A stretch of 45,624 bases of DNA from a phage. Numbering within the stretch: position 1 is the first letter of the stretch; every line of letters starts with the position of its first letter. The position numbers and the translations under genes are program-made. This document shows, one piece after another, positions 1-11,264 of the stretch. The stretch lies in the NCBI GenBank assembly GCA_033193195.1, contig GCA_033193195.1_4326.1. One strand, 5' to 3'. A model generated the notes under the pieces. The model was given only the letters and a program-made list of their open reading frames with translations. It had not been told where the DNA came from and made no database searches.

Positions 1-24
1 AAAAAAACGAGAGAGGATTTCAAA

Positions 25-696
25 ATGGTTGTTTGGTCTTTATTTGATGGTTCAGGGCTGGCTGTGAAAGATTGGGCTGAGGCTGGTCACTAGTGCTACT
101 GTTTCAACTTTGATGAGTCTGACCACGGTAGTTACGGGGATTTAAATGCAAAATTTGAACATGAGAACATCACCTACGTTAATGCCTGGATAGATGGCAA
201 CTTCGACTTTGATGTGAAGCCTGATATCATTTTAGCGTTCCCGCCGTGTACGGATTTAGCCGTGAGCGGGTCAAGGCACTTTGAGCGAAAGCGACTGGTT
301 AACCATAACTTCCAGATTGAAGCTGCGGATACATGTAAAGTTGCTTTTAACTTGGCTAATAAGTACGAAGTCCCATACATGATTGAGAATCCAATCAGCG
401 TACTGTCATCACTCTGGAGAAAGCCTAATAAGACTTTCCACCCATATGAATACGGAGGCTATTTGCCGGAAGATGATTTACACCCGTTTTTTAGCGACCT
501 AATAAAGCCAAGAGACGCATATCCTAAGAAGACATGCATTTGGTATGGCAATGGGTTTAAATGGCCAGAGGCGATTCCTGTGGACGTTAACGATGGATTC
601 TCTGACCAATACAAGAAGCTTGGTGGGAAGAGTAAGAAGACAAAGGTAATTCGCAGTCTAACTCCTCGCGGTTTTGCAAAAGCAGTCTTCATAGCA

Positions 697-714
<18 letters not shown>
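25..714 (+). pseudogene. DNA (cytosine-5) methyltransferase-like gene interrupted by in-frame TAG at 91..93
   Basis: ATG 25 preceded by GAGAGG; N-term MVVWSLFDGSG (motif I-like), then TAG at codon 23, same frame continues to AFPPCTDLAVSG (PC motif IV-like) and MIENP (ENV-like); track ORF 214..714 is the downstream part. Confidence 0.5.
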
Positions 715-1012
<298 letters not shown>

Positions 1013-1013
<1 letters not shown>

Positions 1014-1948
1014 TGGCTCAGGGTATCTATATAGACCTTAATGACGGAAGGAATCCAATGACAATTACCGCAGGGATGAGGGCGTTAAACTTCGCTGGAA
1101 ACTTTAACGTTAATAGTGGTGGCTTTAGTAAGACATTCTCAATTCAGGGAAATGAAGGTGCATCACGTTTTTTAATTCCTAATAATGGTGCCTTCAGCTT
1201 CGAACTTGACAGGGGTGTTGAGGTTTATTATATAAGTGGATTTTCATCAACACCTACATCTGGGACAATCTCAATAGGTTCAGAGAATGGATATTCTGAC
1301 AGGGTCACGTCATTTTCAGGGACTGTTGTTGAGGTCTTGATGGCATCAAGCGGCCAGGGCATATACGTTGCTGATAGTTGTGATTTTGCATCAATAACAA
1401 CTGCTGGCAGGTTGCTAATATGCAAGTACTCTAAAAGGGTAACTTTTACAGGCTCATTCAATCTCCCTATTTATGGAATACCGTTCGGTAAGTGGGATAA
1501 TGATGGAGTTTCAGTTGAGTACAACGGAAGCGGCCAGCTTATTTGCACAAACATAAACACAGGAAATACTGGTGACACCCCAGGAAGTGTAACTATGGAC
1601 CTTGTGATATTTCAGATGGTTGCACCAACGCCTGGGCCTGGCATAAACATTTTCAACTCTAACAATGTTTGCACATTCTCAACATTGACAAGACCATTGG
1701 TTGTGTCTGGATTTATAAGTCTGTCAGGAAGCAATCAATACATAGGTAGTTCATACTTCCCAATACTTAGATGTGGGTTTAACACCAGGGCGACACGTGC
1801 TTACAAGGAGTTGCGAAATAAGGGAATTGTTATGTCCGGTGGATACGTTAGATCTGGTACTGGATCAAGGATTGTGAGATACGAGATTGGTAATAGACCA
1901 GATGTAACCATATCAACTCCATTGCCATACTTGCCTGATATGTATTAA
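1013..1948 (+). CDS. hypothetical protein (beta-rich, Gly/Ser-rich)
   Basis: ATG 1013 overlaps upstream stop (TAATG) with AAGGAG upstream; track start 1004 is GTG. Confidence 0.45.
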
Positions 1949-1952
1949 AGAT

Positions 1953-1975
1953 AAAGCCCCTTTCGGGGCTTTTAT
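1953..1975. terminator. bidirectional rho-independent terminator between convergent genes
   Basis: hairpin AAGCCCC-TTTC-GGGGCTT flanked by T/A runs. Confidence 0.6.
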
Positions 1976-1976
1976 G

Positions 1977-4900
1977 TTAGAACGTGCCTACAATAACTTT
2001 CCCTCCATTCGGTAGGTTAACCGTGATTCCATTGCCGTTAATCTGAACCGTATTGTTAGTTCCGTTAAATGCAAAGTTACCACTATCTGCGTAAAGCCTT
2101 CCATGAATTTCTGCATTACCAGACTTCTCAATCCTCCACCCAGCACTTCCTTGAACAAAGTTGTTTGATTGAATCGAGTTACCAATCTTCGCGTTAGTGA
2201 TTGAACCATCCTGAATCACTGTGCTTTGAATGAATACCTGATTACCTTCAACTACGAAAGGCAATGACCACTGACCGGAACCTGAACTAACACCGTTACT
2301 GATTGCGAACCTGTTAGCATCAAAGATGACCTGACTACGAACATTGCCATCAGAACCAGTTAGCGCCATACTCATGCCAGAACTGTACTCAACGCCATTG
2401 TATTTGAGGCCAAGTTTAATCCCGTACTGAGCACCAATTGAATCGGCAGTAACGTAAGTGTCCAGCTTCTCATTTAACGCAGCCTCATTATCACCTAGCC
2501 TTGCAGATAAAGCAGTGTCCGCAGTGGTCCTTGCTTGCGTCTCTTCCGCTAGCGCCGTATCAATCCTTGTCAATGAAGCTACAATCTCATCATCAATCTG
2601 CGCCTTAAGCTGCGTCAGAGCCTCTACGCGAGCCCTTTCTTCATCGGCGATAAGATTCACAGCCTGAACAAATTCGGCCTTCCTCTTGCCGTTTTCCTTC
2701 GTCATTCTACGCACGTCACCATCATTAGCCAGGGCGTTCTCAATTATTGATTCCGCTTGCGCCTGAATAGCTCCGTTTGACTCAATGGCATTCTGTTGGA
2801 GATACTTGAACCCATCTGAGTTTTCTATATCAACCTTAATATCACCAATGATTGACGACACATCATCGCTTGCCATACCCCTTACAAAATCAGTCCATGG
2901 TGAGACGTTACCAATCTTGTCAATCAGTCGCGCCCTGTACCAGATGACCTTTCCAGCAGGAAGTGTAGTATGCCAGTACTCGTAACTCGGGTAAGGCACC
3001 AGAGTCAGAAGGCTAGCATTCTCTGGTGTATAAGTACCATCACCATTGTCGGCTACTTGCTGCAATTCAGTGTATGACGTATCGGCTGAGTTTTCAGGAA
3101 ATCCCCACTTAACCCTAATGCCGAATATTTCATCATCTGAAGCGGTGATTACTGTAGGTGAAGAAGGGGTCCCAATCTTGCCTGTGAGGCTTACTGAAAC
3201 AATGTCAGACCATGCGGATACGTTTTCAGTATCAGAAACGGCCCTTACGCGAACCTGGTAAATTCCGGCATAGATACCTTCAATATCAACCTCTGTGCTT
3301 GCTGTGCGCGGCACGTTAATCCAGTTTCCGTTCTCCTTGCGCCACTGGACCGTGTAGGTTTTCGCGTACTGAACCTTGTCCCACGTGATTACCATTGTCT
3401 CAACTGATAAACCCTGAACAACCTTACTGTAACTGCTAACCTGAACATTCTCTGGTGCCAGCAGTGTATCCGGCTCGACGATTGAAGTCGGCCTATCAGT
3501 AATGTTTACGCCGTAATCAATTTCGTCGTATTTGTTAGGGTCGTACTCAACCGCTGTAATCGTGTAACCAAACGCATCATCTCCATCGCTGTCTGCTTTT
3601 TGAATACCGGTCACAACATATTGCTGAAGAGCAAGATTTTCCTTATCAATCGCAAATACTGTGTCAGGCTGAGGAGTAAAGCTAAACGCTGTATTAAGTT
3701 GCAGCGTCATACCATCTTCAGATACAGATGCAATGGTCCTGTACTCTGGCATTCCATCAGGCTTGTTAATAAGAATCCTGTCGCCAGCAGCAGCGTCAAT
3801 CTTAAAGGGTACGAAAACCTGCAACCCACTAACAGACTCAATACGCCCAGAAAGATTAAGCGTGTAGTTGCTAGACCATGCCTGGTCATTAACTGCAATC
3901 ACTTCACCAATCATTGGGATCATGCCTTCCAGACCAGTAGTGAAACTGATTGTCTCACTGCGCAAGTTTGTCTTTAACAGCCATCGACCGCGTCTGTTTG
4001 CCTCACTCCTGCGTGTACATCCAATAGCGGTAAGGTCAACAGGGTTGTAACCAAAACGCCTTGTTGCCTCTAACTCGAATACTGGCTCAACATCCTGTTG
4101 GTATGAGTTTTCAACGTCATCAAACTGAACGTTGGCAACCGTGTAAAGTGACTTATCGCTACCAAATGTACGGTTAAAAACACCATCAACAACGTTGTCA
4201 TTGGTGAATACGTACGATGGTTGACGCGGCTTATCGACAACAATCCCTATCTGCTCGCCGTCATAGAATGTCAGCCCACGGAAGATAGAGCAAATATCAC
4301 GGATTACCTGATATGCTTCAACTTTCTGCTGAATGACAACATCACACAGGTAGCGCGGCTCAACTCCACCCTTACCATCTGGAACCATCTGGTCACAGAA
4401 TTGCGCCGCCTCATACAGACCCCACTTATCAATAGTAATGCCAAGCTCTCGCTGGTCAAGTCCGTAACGCTGATTCGTCACCAAGTCGTAAAGAACCCAC
4501 GCCGGGTTATTGGAATACGCCATCTTAAAGGTGCCGTTCCAGGTTCCGCTGTAAGTCCTTGTCTCTGGGTTGTAGTTATTTGGAACGCGAATCAACTTCC
4601 ACTTCTTCTTGATTGAAATCGTCGGGATTCCGTTAGGGAAGAGGTCAGAACTGAACTCAACGTAAACCAGAGCTGTAAGTGGGTAGCGGAATTTAGCATC
4701 AATTACTTCCTGATAGGTCGTAATTTGCATGTCGTTAACCAGCGTCGAACTTTCTGAATCTGCCGTGATCTTACGAACCCTCACCAACGCACTCGAGAAC
4801 TCAGCAGGAAGGTTAACCCTGATACTTCTGTCGTACCCGCTAGTTGTCTTGCCATTAACTACTCCGCGCGTGTACTCAGTGTATGTAGCGCCATCAACGG

Positions 4901-5348
4901 ACAGGTCAATCGCATACTCGCAAGTGGTACCGTTAAGATCTCCGTTACTTTCCTGATTAATCAGACGAGGCCAAAACAGCTTAACCCTAATCGCTGATAG
5001 CTGGGTGTTATTAACAGCAATGATGTAAGGAGTTGAGTTTTTAATCTCCCTGTTCACTTGCACTTCCGAGTTAGCACCCTCTAGCCCGGCAATGTAATCC
5101 TGACTCTGTGTGCCAGGGCGAAACTCTGCCGTTACACCCTCGTAGTTGTATGTGCCATTCTGGTTCTGTACAGGAACGTCAGCAAGGTAAAGGTCCTTTA
5201 GGGAGAATGAGCTATCAACCTCACCATCAGAAACAGCTAGCAAAACCTTAACCTTGTTTACGGATATCAGGTTATCAGGCTGCTCTACAGGTTGGTGCTG
5301 CTTTGGCTGTCCGCCCTTACTTCCATAAATCTTAATTTCTTCCGCCAT
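1977..5348 (-). CDS. central tail fibre / host specificity protein (lambda J-like)
   Basis: 1123-1136 aa, last gene of M-L-K-I-J-like block; start 5348 chosen for GGAG 9 nt upstream (track start 5387 has no SD). Confidence 0.7.
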   Translation of the reverse strand: MAEEIKIYGSKGGQPKQHQPVEQPDNLISVNKVKVLLAVSDGEVDSSFSLKDLYLADVPVQNQNGTYNYEGVTAEFRPGTQSQDYIAGLEGANSEVQVNREIKNSTPYIIAVNNTQLSAIRVKLFWPRLINQESNGDLNGTTCEYAIDLSVDGATYTEYTRGVVNGKTTSGYDRSIRVNLPAEFSSALVRVRKITADSESSTLVNDMQITTYQEVIDAKFRYPLTALVYVEFSSDLFPNGIPTISIKKKWKLIRVPNNYNPETRTYSGTWNGTFKMAYSNNPAWVLYDLVTNQRYGLDQRELGITIDKWGLYEAAQFCDQMVPDGKGGVEPRYLCDVVIQQKVEAYQVIRDICSIFRGLTFYDGEQIGIVVDKPRQPSYVFTNDNVVDGVFNRTFGSDKSLYTVANVQFDDVENSYQQDVEPVFELEATRRFGYNPVDLTAIGCTRRSEANRRGRWLLKTNLRSETISFTTGLEGMIPMIGEVIAVNDQAWSSNYTLNLSGRIESVSGLQVFVPFKIDAAAGDRILINKPDGMPEYRTIASVSEDGMTLQLNTAFSFTPQPDTVFAIDKENLALQQYVVTGIQKADSDGDDAFGYTITAVEYDPNKYDEIDYGVNITDRPTSIVEPDTLLAPENVQVSSYSKVVQGLSVETMVITWDKVQYAKTYTVQWRKENGNWINVPRTASTEVDIEGIYAGIYQVRVRAVSDTENVSAWSDIVSVSLTGKIGTPSSPTVITASDDEIFGIRVKWGFPENSADTSYTELQQVADNGDGTYTPENASLLTLVPYPSYEYWHTTLPAGKVIWYRARLIDKIGNVSPWTDFVRGMASDDVSSIIGDIKVDIENSDGFKYLQQNAIESNGAIQAQAESIIENALANDGDVRRMTKENGKRKAEFVQAVNLIADEERARVEALTQLKAQIDDEIVASLTRIDTALAEETQARTTADTALSARLGDNEAALNEKLDTYVTADSIGAQYGIKLGLKYNGVEYSSGMSMALTGSDGNVRSQVIFDANRFAISNGVSSGSGQWSLPFVVEGNQVFIQSTVIQDGSITNAKIGNSIQSNNFVQGSAGWRIEKSGNAEIHGRLYADSGNFAFNGTNNTVQINGNGITVNLPNGGKVIVGTF

Positions 5349-5395
5349 ATCACATAGCTCCGCATTTGTTTTGACCATTTGTGCCATTCTACACT

Positions 5396-5421
5396 AAATA
5401 AAAAACCCGCACTAGGCGGGT
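5396..5421 (-). terminator. hairpin plus T-run between I-like and J-like genes (possible attenuator)
   Basis: CCCGC-ACTAG-GCGGG followed by T6 on minus strand. Confidence 0.45.
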
Positions 5422-5427
5422 CTTAAT

Positions 5428-6003
5428 TTAAGCGATATCTTCTGAGTAACTCCCAGCACTAAATACAGAGCCGCCAACACTTCGATAACCGTATGGCAAA
5501 CATATTGGGTATCCAGCAGCTACAGTGTTAACAGCCGACCCGAATGCGTATGAAGCCCTGTTTTGCGCAGACTCCTGCGTCTTTAATCCAGTTGCTTGTG
5601 GGGAAAGTAACTGAGCTACACCGCCAGCAGCTAGTGAGATACCAGCACCAAGAACAGCGGTTGCAATACCACCAGTAAGGAAGAAGCTAGCACCAATGAG
5701 CGCCGCACCTATTACTGTCTGGAATAACCCTCCGCTTTTTCTTCCTTGAGGTATTGGCATAATACGAATCTCACCAACTACCTTAAAATCCTTGATACGA
5801 TGTTCATTAAGGTTCTTCCCGTCAGCAAATATTGCGAACCTAGTCCTTTGTCCAGCATGGCTTTGCATGAACTCTTTAAATGCTGGAATGTTTACCGATA
5901 ATGCTCGAAGTGCTTCCGGTACAGACTCCACGCACAACTCATGGACTTTCCCGTACCTTCTGCCAAGTGACAAGCCCAGCTTAACCTTAATCAGTCTCTG
6001 CAT
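5428..6003 (-). CDS. tail assembly protein (lambda I-like)
   Basis: position after K-like gene; hydrophobic Gly/Ala-rich C-terminal half. Confidence 0.5.
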   Translation of the reverse strand: MQRLIKVKLGLSLGRRYGKVHELCVESVPEALRALSVNIPAFKEFMQSHAGQRTRFAIFADGKNLNEHRIKDFKVVGEIRIMPIPQGRKSGGLFQTVIGAALIGASFFLTGGIATAVLGAGISLAAGGVAQLLSPQATGLKTQESAQNRASYAFGSAVNTVAAGYPICLPYGYRSVGGSVFSAGSYSEDIA

Positions 6004-6745
6004 TGTAATTTGCTCCTTCTGGTAAATCTTTGTGGCGAACGATTCGAACCGTGCGCTCGCGCCAGTAATCGCTATAAGTATCTACTTTACTCATCTTTCC
6101 GTAAAGGTGATGCAGGAACTTGTTATCTCCAATGTAGATTCCTGCGTGGTTTGTCGTCTCACTTTGAATCTGCATCATAATCATGGAGCCAACTGGAATA
6201 TCATCAGTTTCTACTAGCTCAAATCCTTCCTTAATCCAATTCTCGTCATAGATATTTTCGCCATACTCCTTGTTCCACCATGGATAATTAACGCGGTAAT
6301 CAGCCAGTTTAACGCCGTGTTTTGCGTGGAATGACATTATCAATCCCCAGCAATCGAAGCTACCCAAACCCCACGGTCTTCCTGCTAGCGGCATATCAAC
6401 TGGTTCAAGGATTCGCAGATCTCCTTCCGGGTAACTAACGATGACATATGGAATCTCGCACTCATTGCAACTGCATATGTCTGCCGGGCTAGGCCTTGTA
6501 GTTGCACCATCTCCAGTGTGTGAGTGAGCTACGTAAACAATTGACTCGCTGTAGCCAAGATTAAAGACAATATTCATGTACTCACTGGCGTCAAGAATGA
6601 ACTCATTTTCAGGGTCTTTCGATGCGTTGGTGATTCTATGGTATTTTTGTGCCATGCCTTTTTGGGTGACTACGCCGCAGCACTCGTTTGGGTAATCCTC
6701 TTTTGCGTGGCGCATGATTTCTAGTTTAACTTTTGGTGTAAGCAT
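5987..6745 (-). CDS. tail tip assembly protein K-like (JAB/MPN + NlpC/P60)
   Basis: E..CCG, AHSHTGDGATTRPSPAD (HxH..S..D JAMM-like), DCWGLI Cys and downstream His; start 6745 with AAGGAG. Confidence 0.7.
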   Translation of the reverse strand: MLTPKVKLEIMRHAKEDYPNECCGVVTQKGMAQKYHRITNASKDPENEFILDASEYMNIVFNLGYSESIVYVAHSHTGDGATTRPSPADICSCNECEIPYVIVSYPEGDLRILEPVDMPLAGRPWGLGSFDCWGLIMSFHAKHGVKLADYRVNYPWWNKEYGENIYDENWIKEGFELVETDDIPVGSMIMMQIQSETTNHAGIYIGDNKFLHHLYGKMSKVDTYSDYWRERTVRIVRHKDLPEGANYNAETD

Positions 6746-6755
6746 TTTAGACTCC

Positions 6756-7511
6756 TTAGTTCTGGTTATTCTTGGCTTGCAAGCTAGCAGAGGCACAACC
6801 TCCAAATGATAGCTGGTTGTTTTCACCAAACCTTAACTTACATGCATCAACAGTTCCGGCGCAGAAATCCAGGCCAGGGTCATCAACCGGATTATTGTCT
6901 TTATCAAAGTATCGATTCCCGGCATAATCACAACCGTTACCACTACGATACCAGCCACGGGAAGCGAAGTAGCATACTGACTGGACTAACCTCGCTGGAA
7001 TATAAATGCCATCCATATCAATTGGGCTAGATAACTCAAAAGAGGCAGTTTTGTAGTCAACCTGCTTTGGACGCTCAATAAAGTAAACCATCTTACGATA
7101 ATCACCATCTGCAATGCTGCCGTCCTCATTGATATTATCCCTGATAGTAACCCAAATTGTCACCTTAGCCTGAACCATGCCATTATACTGACGTATTAGC
7201 GCGGAAACAGCCTGGTCTACGTTTGATAAAATTAGCGTGAGCTTGTTTGCTTTGCCGTCAGAAGTAAGATTAATGCCGCTAATACCGAAAGGCCTGGCTC
7301 CATACTCTTCTCCACGGAAAGTGATTGTCTTGGATGGTAGTGGCTGGCCGGACGCTTGGGCTTGCATGATTTCTTCAGGCGTGTATGAGATGTTCTCCCC
7401 ATGAAACCTGTAAACCCTTGCCCCGAATTTACTTCCGTCAACCTCAATAAGCGTAACTACTTCACCAGGAAAAAGTGATTGAAGCTGGTTTTCAAACTTT
7501 AAACTTGCCAT
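6756..7511 (-). CDS. minor tail protein L-like
   Basis: position; C-terminal Cys cluster (CDYAG..CAGTVDAC..GGC) as in gpL-type proteins. Confidence 0.65.
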   Translation of the reverse strand: MASLKFENQLQSLFPGEVVTLIEVDGSKFGARVYRFHGENISYTPEEIMQAQASGQPLPSKTITFRGEEYGARPFGISGINLTSDGKANKLTLILSNVDQAVSALIRQYNGMVQAKVTIWVTIRDNINEDGSIADGDYRKMVYFIERPKQVDYKTASFELSSPIDMDGIYIPARLVQSVCYFASRGWYRSGNGCDYAGNRYFDKDNNPVDDPGLDFCAGTVDACKLRFGENNQLSFGGCASASLQAKNNQN

Positions 7512-7520
7512 ATTCTCTCC

Positions 7521-7546
7521 AATAAAAAAGGCCCTCTATGGGCCTT
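7521..7546 (-). terminator. hairpin plus T-run between M-like and L-like genes
   Basis: AGGCCC-TCTAT-GGGCCT followed by T6 on minus strand. Confidence 0.45.
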
Positions 7547-7549
7547 AGT

Positions 7550-7900
7550 TTAACCCATTGAAGTAAAAACTTCAGTAAATTGCATGCTAACAGTCTGGAC
7601 TTCTTTTGTGCTAGGAGTGACGCTGATACTATCCTGCTGAATAACAAACAGCTTTAATTCACCCTGTGGCGTAGTCCATGCGAAAGGTTTTACAATGTGA
7701 TCAAAGCAGAAGTTCATTACTGCCTCCCACTCACGACCAACGTAGCTAACCGTATACGTCCTTTTGTTTGTCCTGTATCCTCCAGTACCCCTTTGTTCAA
7801 AGCCGTTGCCAAAGGATACAATTCTAACGTTGTTCTTGTTACTAAATAATGATCCACCGTTGAGAACGTTCAAGCACCAGTTAAATGTTTGCAATGCCAT
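7550..7900 (-). CDS. minor tail protein M-like
   Basis: 116 aa immediately after tape measure gene. Confidence 0.55.
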   Translation of the reverse strand: MALQTFNWCLNVLNGGSLFSNKNNVRIVSFGNGFEQRGTGGYRTNKRTYTVSYVGREWEAVMNFCFDHIVKPFAWTTPQGELKLFVIQQDSISVTPSTKEVQTVSMQFTEVFTSMG

Positions 7901-7931
7901 TTAAAATCCTTAGGGGCCGAAGCCCCGTTAA

Positions 7932-10913
7932 TTAGTTGTAACCCCTCAGATAAGCAAAGGCTCTTCCGCCCTGCTGGAATGACTTGCTGATTTCCTCAGC
8001 AACGATAACCTTAACTCCAGATTCTATCGCCTTAGCATCATTTCCGCCACCAATTCCAGAGTTTACGTTAACCGTCACGCCGCCAACACTGACATTCGTG
8101 CCACCAACAACTCCACCATTAGCATAGCCAGAGGGCCCACCAACAGCGCCGCCATTTGCATAACCTCGCATTAGCTTGTACAGGTTCTTAACGCCAATCC
8201 TGCTTGTAGCTTCTTTTGTGAATACAAACTCACCGCGGTGCACAGTTCCAGCAGGTTGATACTTCCCGCCGTCTCCAGTGTAGCCGCCGCCAGCAAAGCC
8301 AATTGCTGACTTTATTGACTCAAAGGCACTACCTGCTCCAGTGTCACCACCAAAGCTCTTAATTGTAGATTCAATAGCCTTTACCAAAAGTAGCTGAGTT
8401 GCAATTTTCGCAATCATTTTCAGTATGTTTGCCGTGAACTCCCTGAAATTAGTCTCTCCAGTGGTTACAAGGTTTGTAATCTGGTCGGTAATTCCATCAA
8501 AAGCTGCGACAGTCAAATCCTTAGCAATTTGGTTGAAGTCAGTGTACTTCTCAGTTAAGTCAGCAAGCGTTGAAGTTACACCAGCTTGCCAGTCTGACCT
8601 TAGGTTATCTTCCTGCCTGTAGTATTCTTTTCTTGCTTCCAGCAGATTCTGGAAATCAACATCATCTACAGAGCCACCCTTGTTTACCTGATTGGACTCT
8701 AGCGCCTTAAGTTCTCCTGCCCTTTGCCGCTCCCTTTCGGATAGACCCGCAGCAAGTGAAACATTCTTCGCCTCATTGGTAATCTGTATTGTCTTCTTAA
8801 GGTTGTCATCAAGTAACTTGTTTGACCTCTCCTGAAGCACAATCTGGTCACCAAGTTCAGCCTTCTGTTTAGCCTGTTCAAGAATGATATTCTTCTGCGC
8901 AAGTAGCTTAGCCTGTAATTTTGTAAGCGTACCATCCGCTTTCCTTTGCTCAAGTATTGCAAACTTAGCTTCCTCCTGGAATAGCTGCTTGCGTTCGTTA
9001 CTTATTACATCGTTTATCGTCCTGTGCTCTTGTAAAACCTTTAGCTGAGCCTGAAGTGCAAGAACGCCAGATTCATAAGATAAGGTTAAATCCCTTTCTT
9101 CTTTTACTGCCTTGTTCCTCTCACTCCTCGCTTTCTTTATCCCATCAAGCTCATCAGCTAGCGCCTTCCTTCTTGCTGCAAATTCCTTATCTGTTGATGG
9201 TTTGTTGCCAGTTAGGTTGATATCGCTGTTTTCCTTAACATATCCCATCTCTCCCTTTCTGATCCTAGCATCTCGCTCAGCGATGCTTCTTGCTAACTCC
9301 TCGTTTTGCTTCTTGGCTGCATCGACAACCTTTTGCTGCTCAGCAATTATGCCGTTACCTACATCACCAAGCCCCGGTATTGACTGAAGCGTCTTGGTTG
9401 CAGCGATAGCAAATTCACCAAGAAGAATGTCGCCTGAGTTTATAAACGACCTTATCTGCTCAATCGTACCAGCAACAACGTCAGTTATTAAGTTAAGAGC
9501 ACCAAGTGTGCGCTTGCCGATTCTATCCCAAATGTCGCTTACAAACTTTCTGAAGCTATTCCATGCACTTTCAAGGGGGTTAAGGCTTAGCGCAACATCT
9601 TCCAGCCTATTCTCCATAACGTTAGCGAATAGCTCAGTAGCTGCCGTTACAGCTTCTGTCTCTCCTGCTGTCTTCCTCAAGTTCTCTATGTGTTTTAACT
9701 GTCCGGACTGAAGGAAGTTAAATTGCTTATCAAGCTCAGCAAGGCCTTTAACCGGGTCTTTTGTGATCTTGTCAAAGTACCCAAGTATAGTTTTTGAATC
9801 CGTTGATGTAACAGTTGCCCACTGAGCAGTTGCTTTGGTTATCTTATCTATCTGCGTAAGCGTTAGATTACCGTTTGCTACAAGACTATTCGCTATCTCT
9901 TGGATGAGTCCGCGCGTGGCTAGCGTGGAACTCTCAATGCTATCAACAACCTGGTTTATTTGCCCTGTTGATGTGATTGTTGAGTTTCCAACCAGCGTTA
10001 TTGTTGCTGCTAGCTCTCGTGCGTTCCTATCAGCCTGATAAGCAGCAATACCCAAGGCCCCAAGAGCCAGACCCAGAGTCCCAACAACCGCCGTTAATGG
10101 GTTAATGGCTGCCAGTGCAAACCTTGCTGTATTGCCGATACCACCAAAACTATCCTTAATCTGACCGCCCTGCTGGACTGCTACAAGCCAGATTGGCATG
10201 CCGCTAGCAAGAGATGTAACGATATCTGTAATCTGCGCTGGAAGCTGTCGAATTGCTTGCTTGTATTGACCGGCACTAAGCCCAGACTTAACAAAAGCGG
10301 AGCTTTGCTTCTGCAATTGTACCGCAGATGCCTCGGCAGCCTTTCCAATCCTGTCGATAATCGGTGCAGCCTGGTCACTAACTCCTAGCTGAGCAGCCTT
10401 AAGCTGAAGAAGTTCAGTCCTTGTCAGGCTTGCTGCATTCGCCTCGTTCTCAAGAGATTGAATGAACTTTTGCGCTGCTGTTGTTGCTTTCTCTTTATCT
10501 ATTGATGCCTGTAGTGCAGCCCTGCCTTCTTCGCTAAGAGCGGCTTTAGACCTGTTTAGCTTATTGATTTGAGTTTCAATAACAGAGCCAAGCCTGAAGA
10601 ATTCATCATCAGGAACTATCCCGGATTCAAATGCTTTGTCCAAATCTGTTGCTGCTTTCTGCAACTTCAGGAATTTAGCAGCGGTTGGGTCTATGGCTTG
10701 CTGAAGTGATGCGAAAGATTTGCGCTGCTCCTCAAGCTGCCTTGCAGTGTCCCTTGCTTGAGTCTTGGCTACAAGTTCGGCGTTGACGAAGCTATTAATG
10801 CCTGTTGCAGCTTGCTCGTTTGCTTGCCTGAATTTCTGTAAGGATTGCGTACCCTTATCGACCTGAGCTACGTCGACGGCTAGCGTGATACCAGCAATTT
10901 CGTTAGTTGCCAT
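7932..10913 (-). CDS. tail tape measure protein
   Basis: 993 aa, long coiled-coil-type Ala/Gln/Lys-rich regions, Gly-rich C-terminus, follows G/G-T chaperone pair. Confidence 0.85.
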   Translation of the reverse strand: MATNEIAGITLAVDVAQVDKGTQSLQKFRQANEQAATGINSFVNAELVAKTQARDTARQLEEQRKSFASLQQAIDPTAAKFLKLQKAATDLDKAFESGIVPDDEFFRLGSVIETQINKLNRSKAALSEEGRAALQASIDKEKATTAAQKFIQSLENEANAASLTRTELLQLKAAQLGVSDQAAPIIDRIGKAAEASAVQLQKQSSAFVKSGLSAGQYKQAIRQLPAQITDIVTSLASGMPIWLVAVQQGGQIKDSFGGIGNTARFALAAINPLTAVVGTLGLALGALGIAAYQADRNARELAATITLVGNSTITSTGQINQVVDSIESSTLATRGLIQEIANSLVANGNLTLTQIDKITKATAQWATVTSTDSKTILGYFDKITKDPVKGLAELDKQFNFLQSGQLKHIENLRKTAGETEAVTAATELFANVMENRLEDVALSLNPLESAWNSFRKFVSDIWDRIGKRTLGALNLITDVVAGTIEQIRSFINSGDILLGEFAIAATKTLQSIPGLGDVGNGIIAEQQKVVDAAKKQNEELARSIAERDARIRKGEMGYVKENSDINLTGNKPSTDKEFAARRKALADELDGIKKARSERNKAVKEERDLTLSYESGVLALQAQLKVLQEHRTINDVISNERKQLFQEEAKFAILEQRKADGTLTKLQAKLLAQKNIILEQAKQKAELGDQIVLQERSNKLLDDNLKKTIQITNEAKNVSLAAGLSERERQRAGELKALESNQVNKGGSVDDVDFQNLLEARKEYYRQEDNLRSDWQAGVTSTLADLTEKYTDFNQIAKDLTVAAFDGITDQITNLVTTGETNFREFTANILKMIAKIATQLLLVKAIESTIKSFGGDTGAGSAFESIKSAIGFAGGGYTGDGGKYQPAGTVHRGEFVFTKEATSRIGVKNLYKLMRGYANGGAVGGPSGYANGGVVGGTNVSVGGVTVNVNSGIGGGNDAKAIESGVKVIVAEEISKSFQQGGRAFAYLRGYN

Positions 10914-10926
10914 GTTGTCTCCATAA

Positions 10927-10952
10927 TAAAAAAGCCACCCCGAAGGATGGCT
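10927..10952 (-). terminator. imperfect hairpin plus T-run upstream of tape measure gene
   Basis: AGCCACC-CCGAA-GGATGGCT then T6 on minus strand; overlaps stop of 10951..11202. Confidence 0.4.
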
Positions 10953-11202
10953 ATTTCTTGGCGTTCATCATATCTAAGGCTTTAGCCTCAAGTATTCTGA
11001 TGTCGTTAAGTACCATTTCGTCATCATCTATTTTATAGACTTTGAATAAGAATGGAAGGCAATTATAATCAAGGCCTGTGGCACCGCAAGCCCCTACTCG
11101 CCATTGAGTTGACATGGCACAGTACACATCCCAGCTTTGCATCATTGTTTCATCGAAGTATAACTCTTCAGGCTCCTCACCTTCATAATCGGAACGTTTC
11201 AT
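10951..11202 (-). CDS. tail assembly chaperone T-like segment (expressed as G-T fusion by -1 frameshift)
   Basis: ORF in -1 frame relative to 11265..11579; that frame is open from slippery site to this ORF. Confidence 0.6.
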   Translation of the reverse strand: MKRSDYEGEEPEELYFDETMMQSWDVYCAMSTQWRVGACGATGLDYNCLPFLFKVYKIDDDEMVLNDIRILEAKALDMMNAKK

Positions 11203-11264
11203 TCCGATAGCTTCGAGTTCAGCATCCGTTGGCGGTGACTGGTATTGTAAGTATACTGCGCGTT

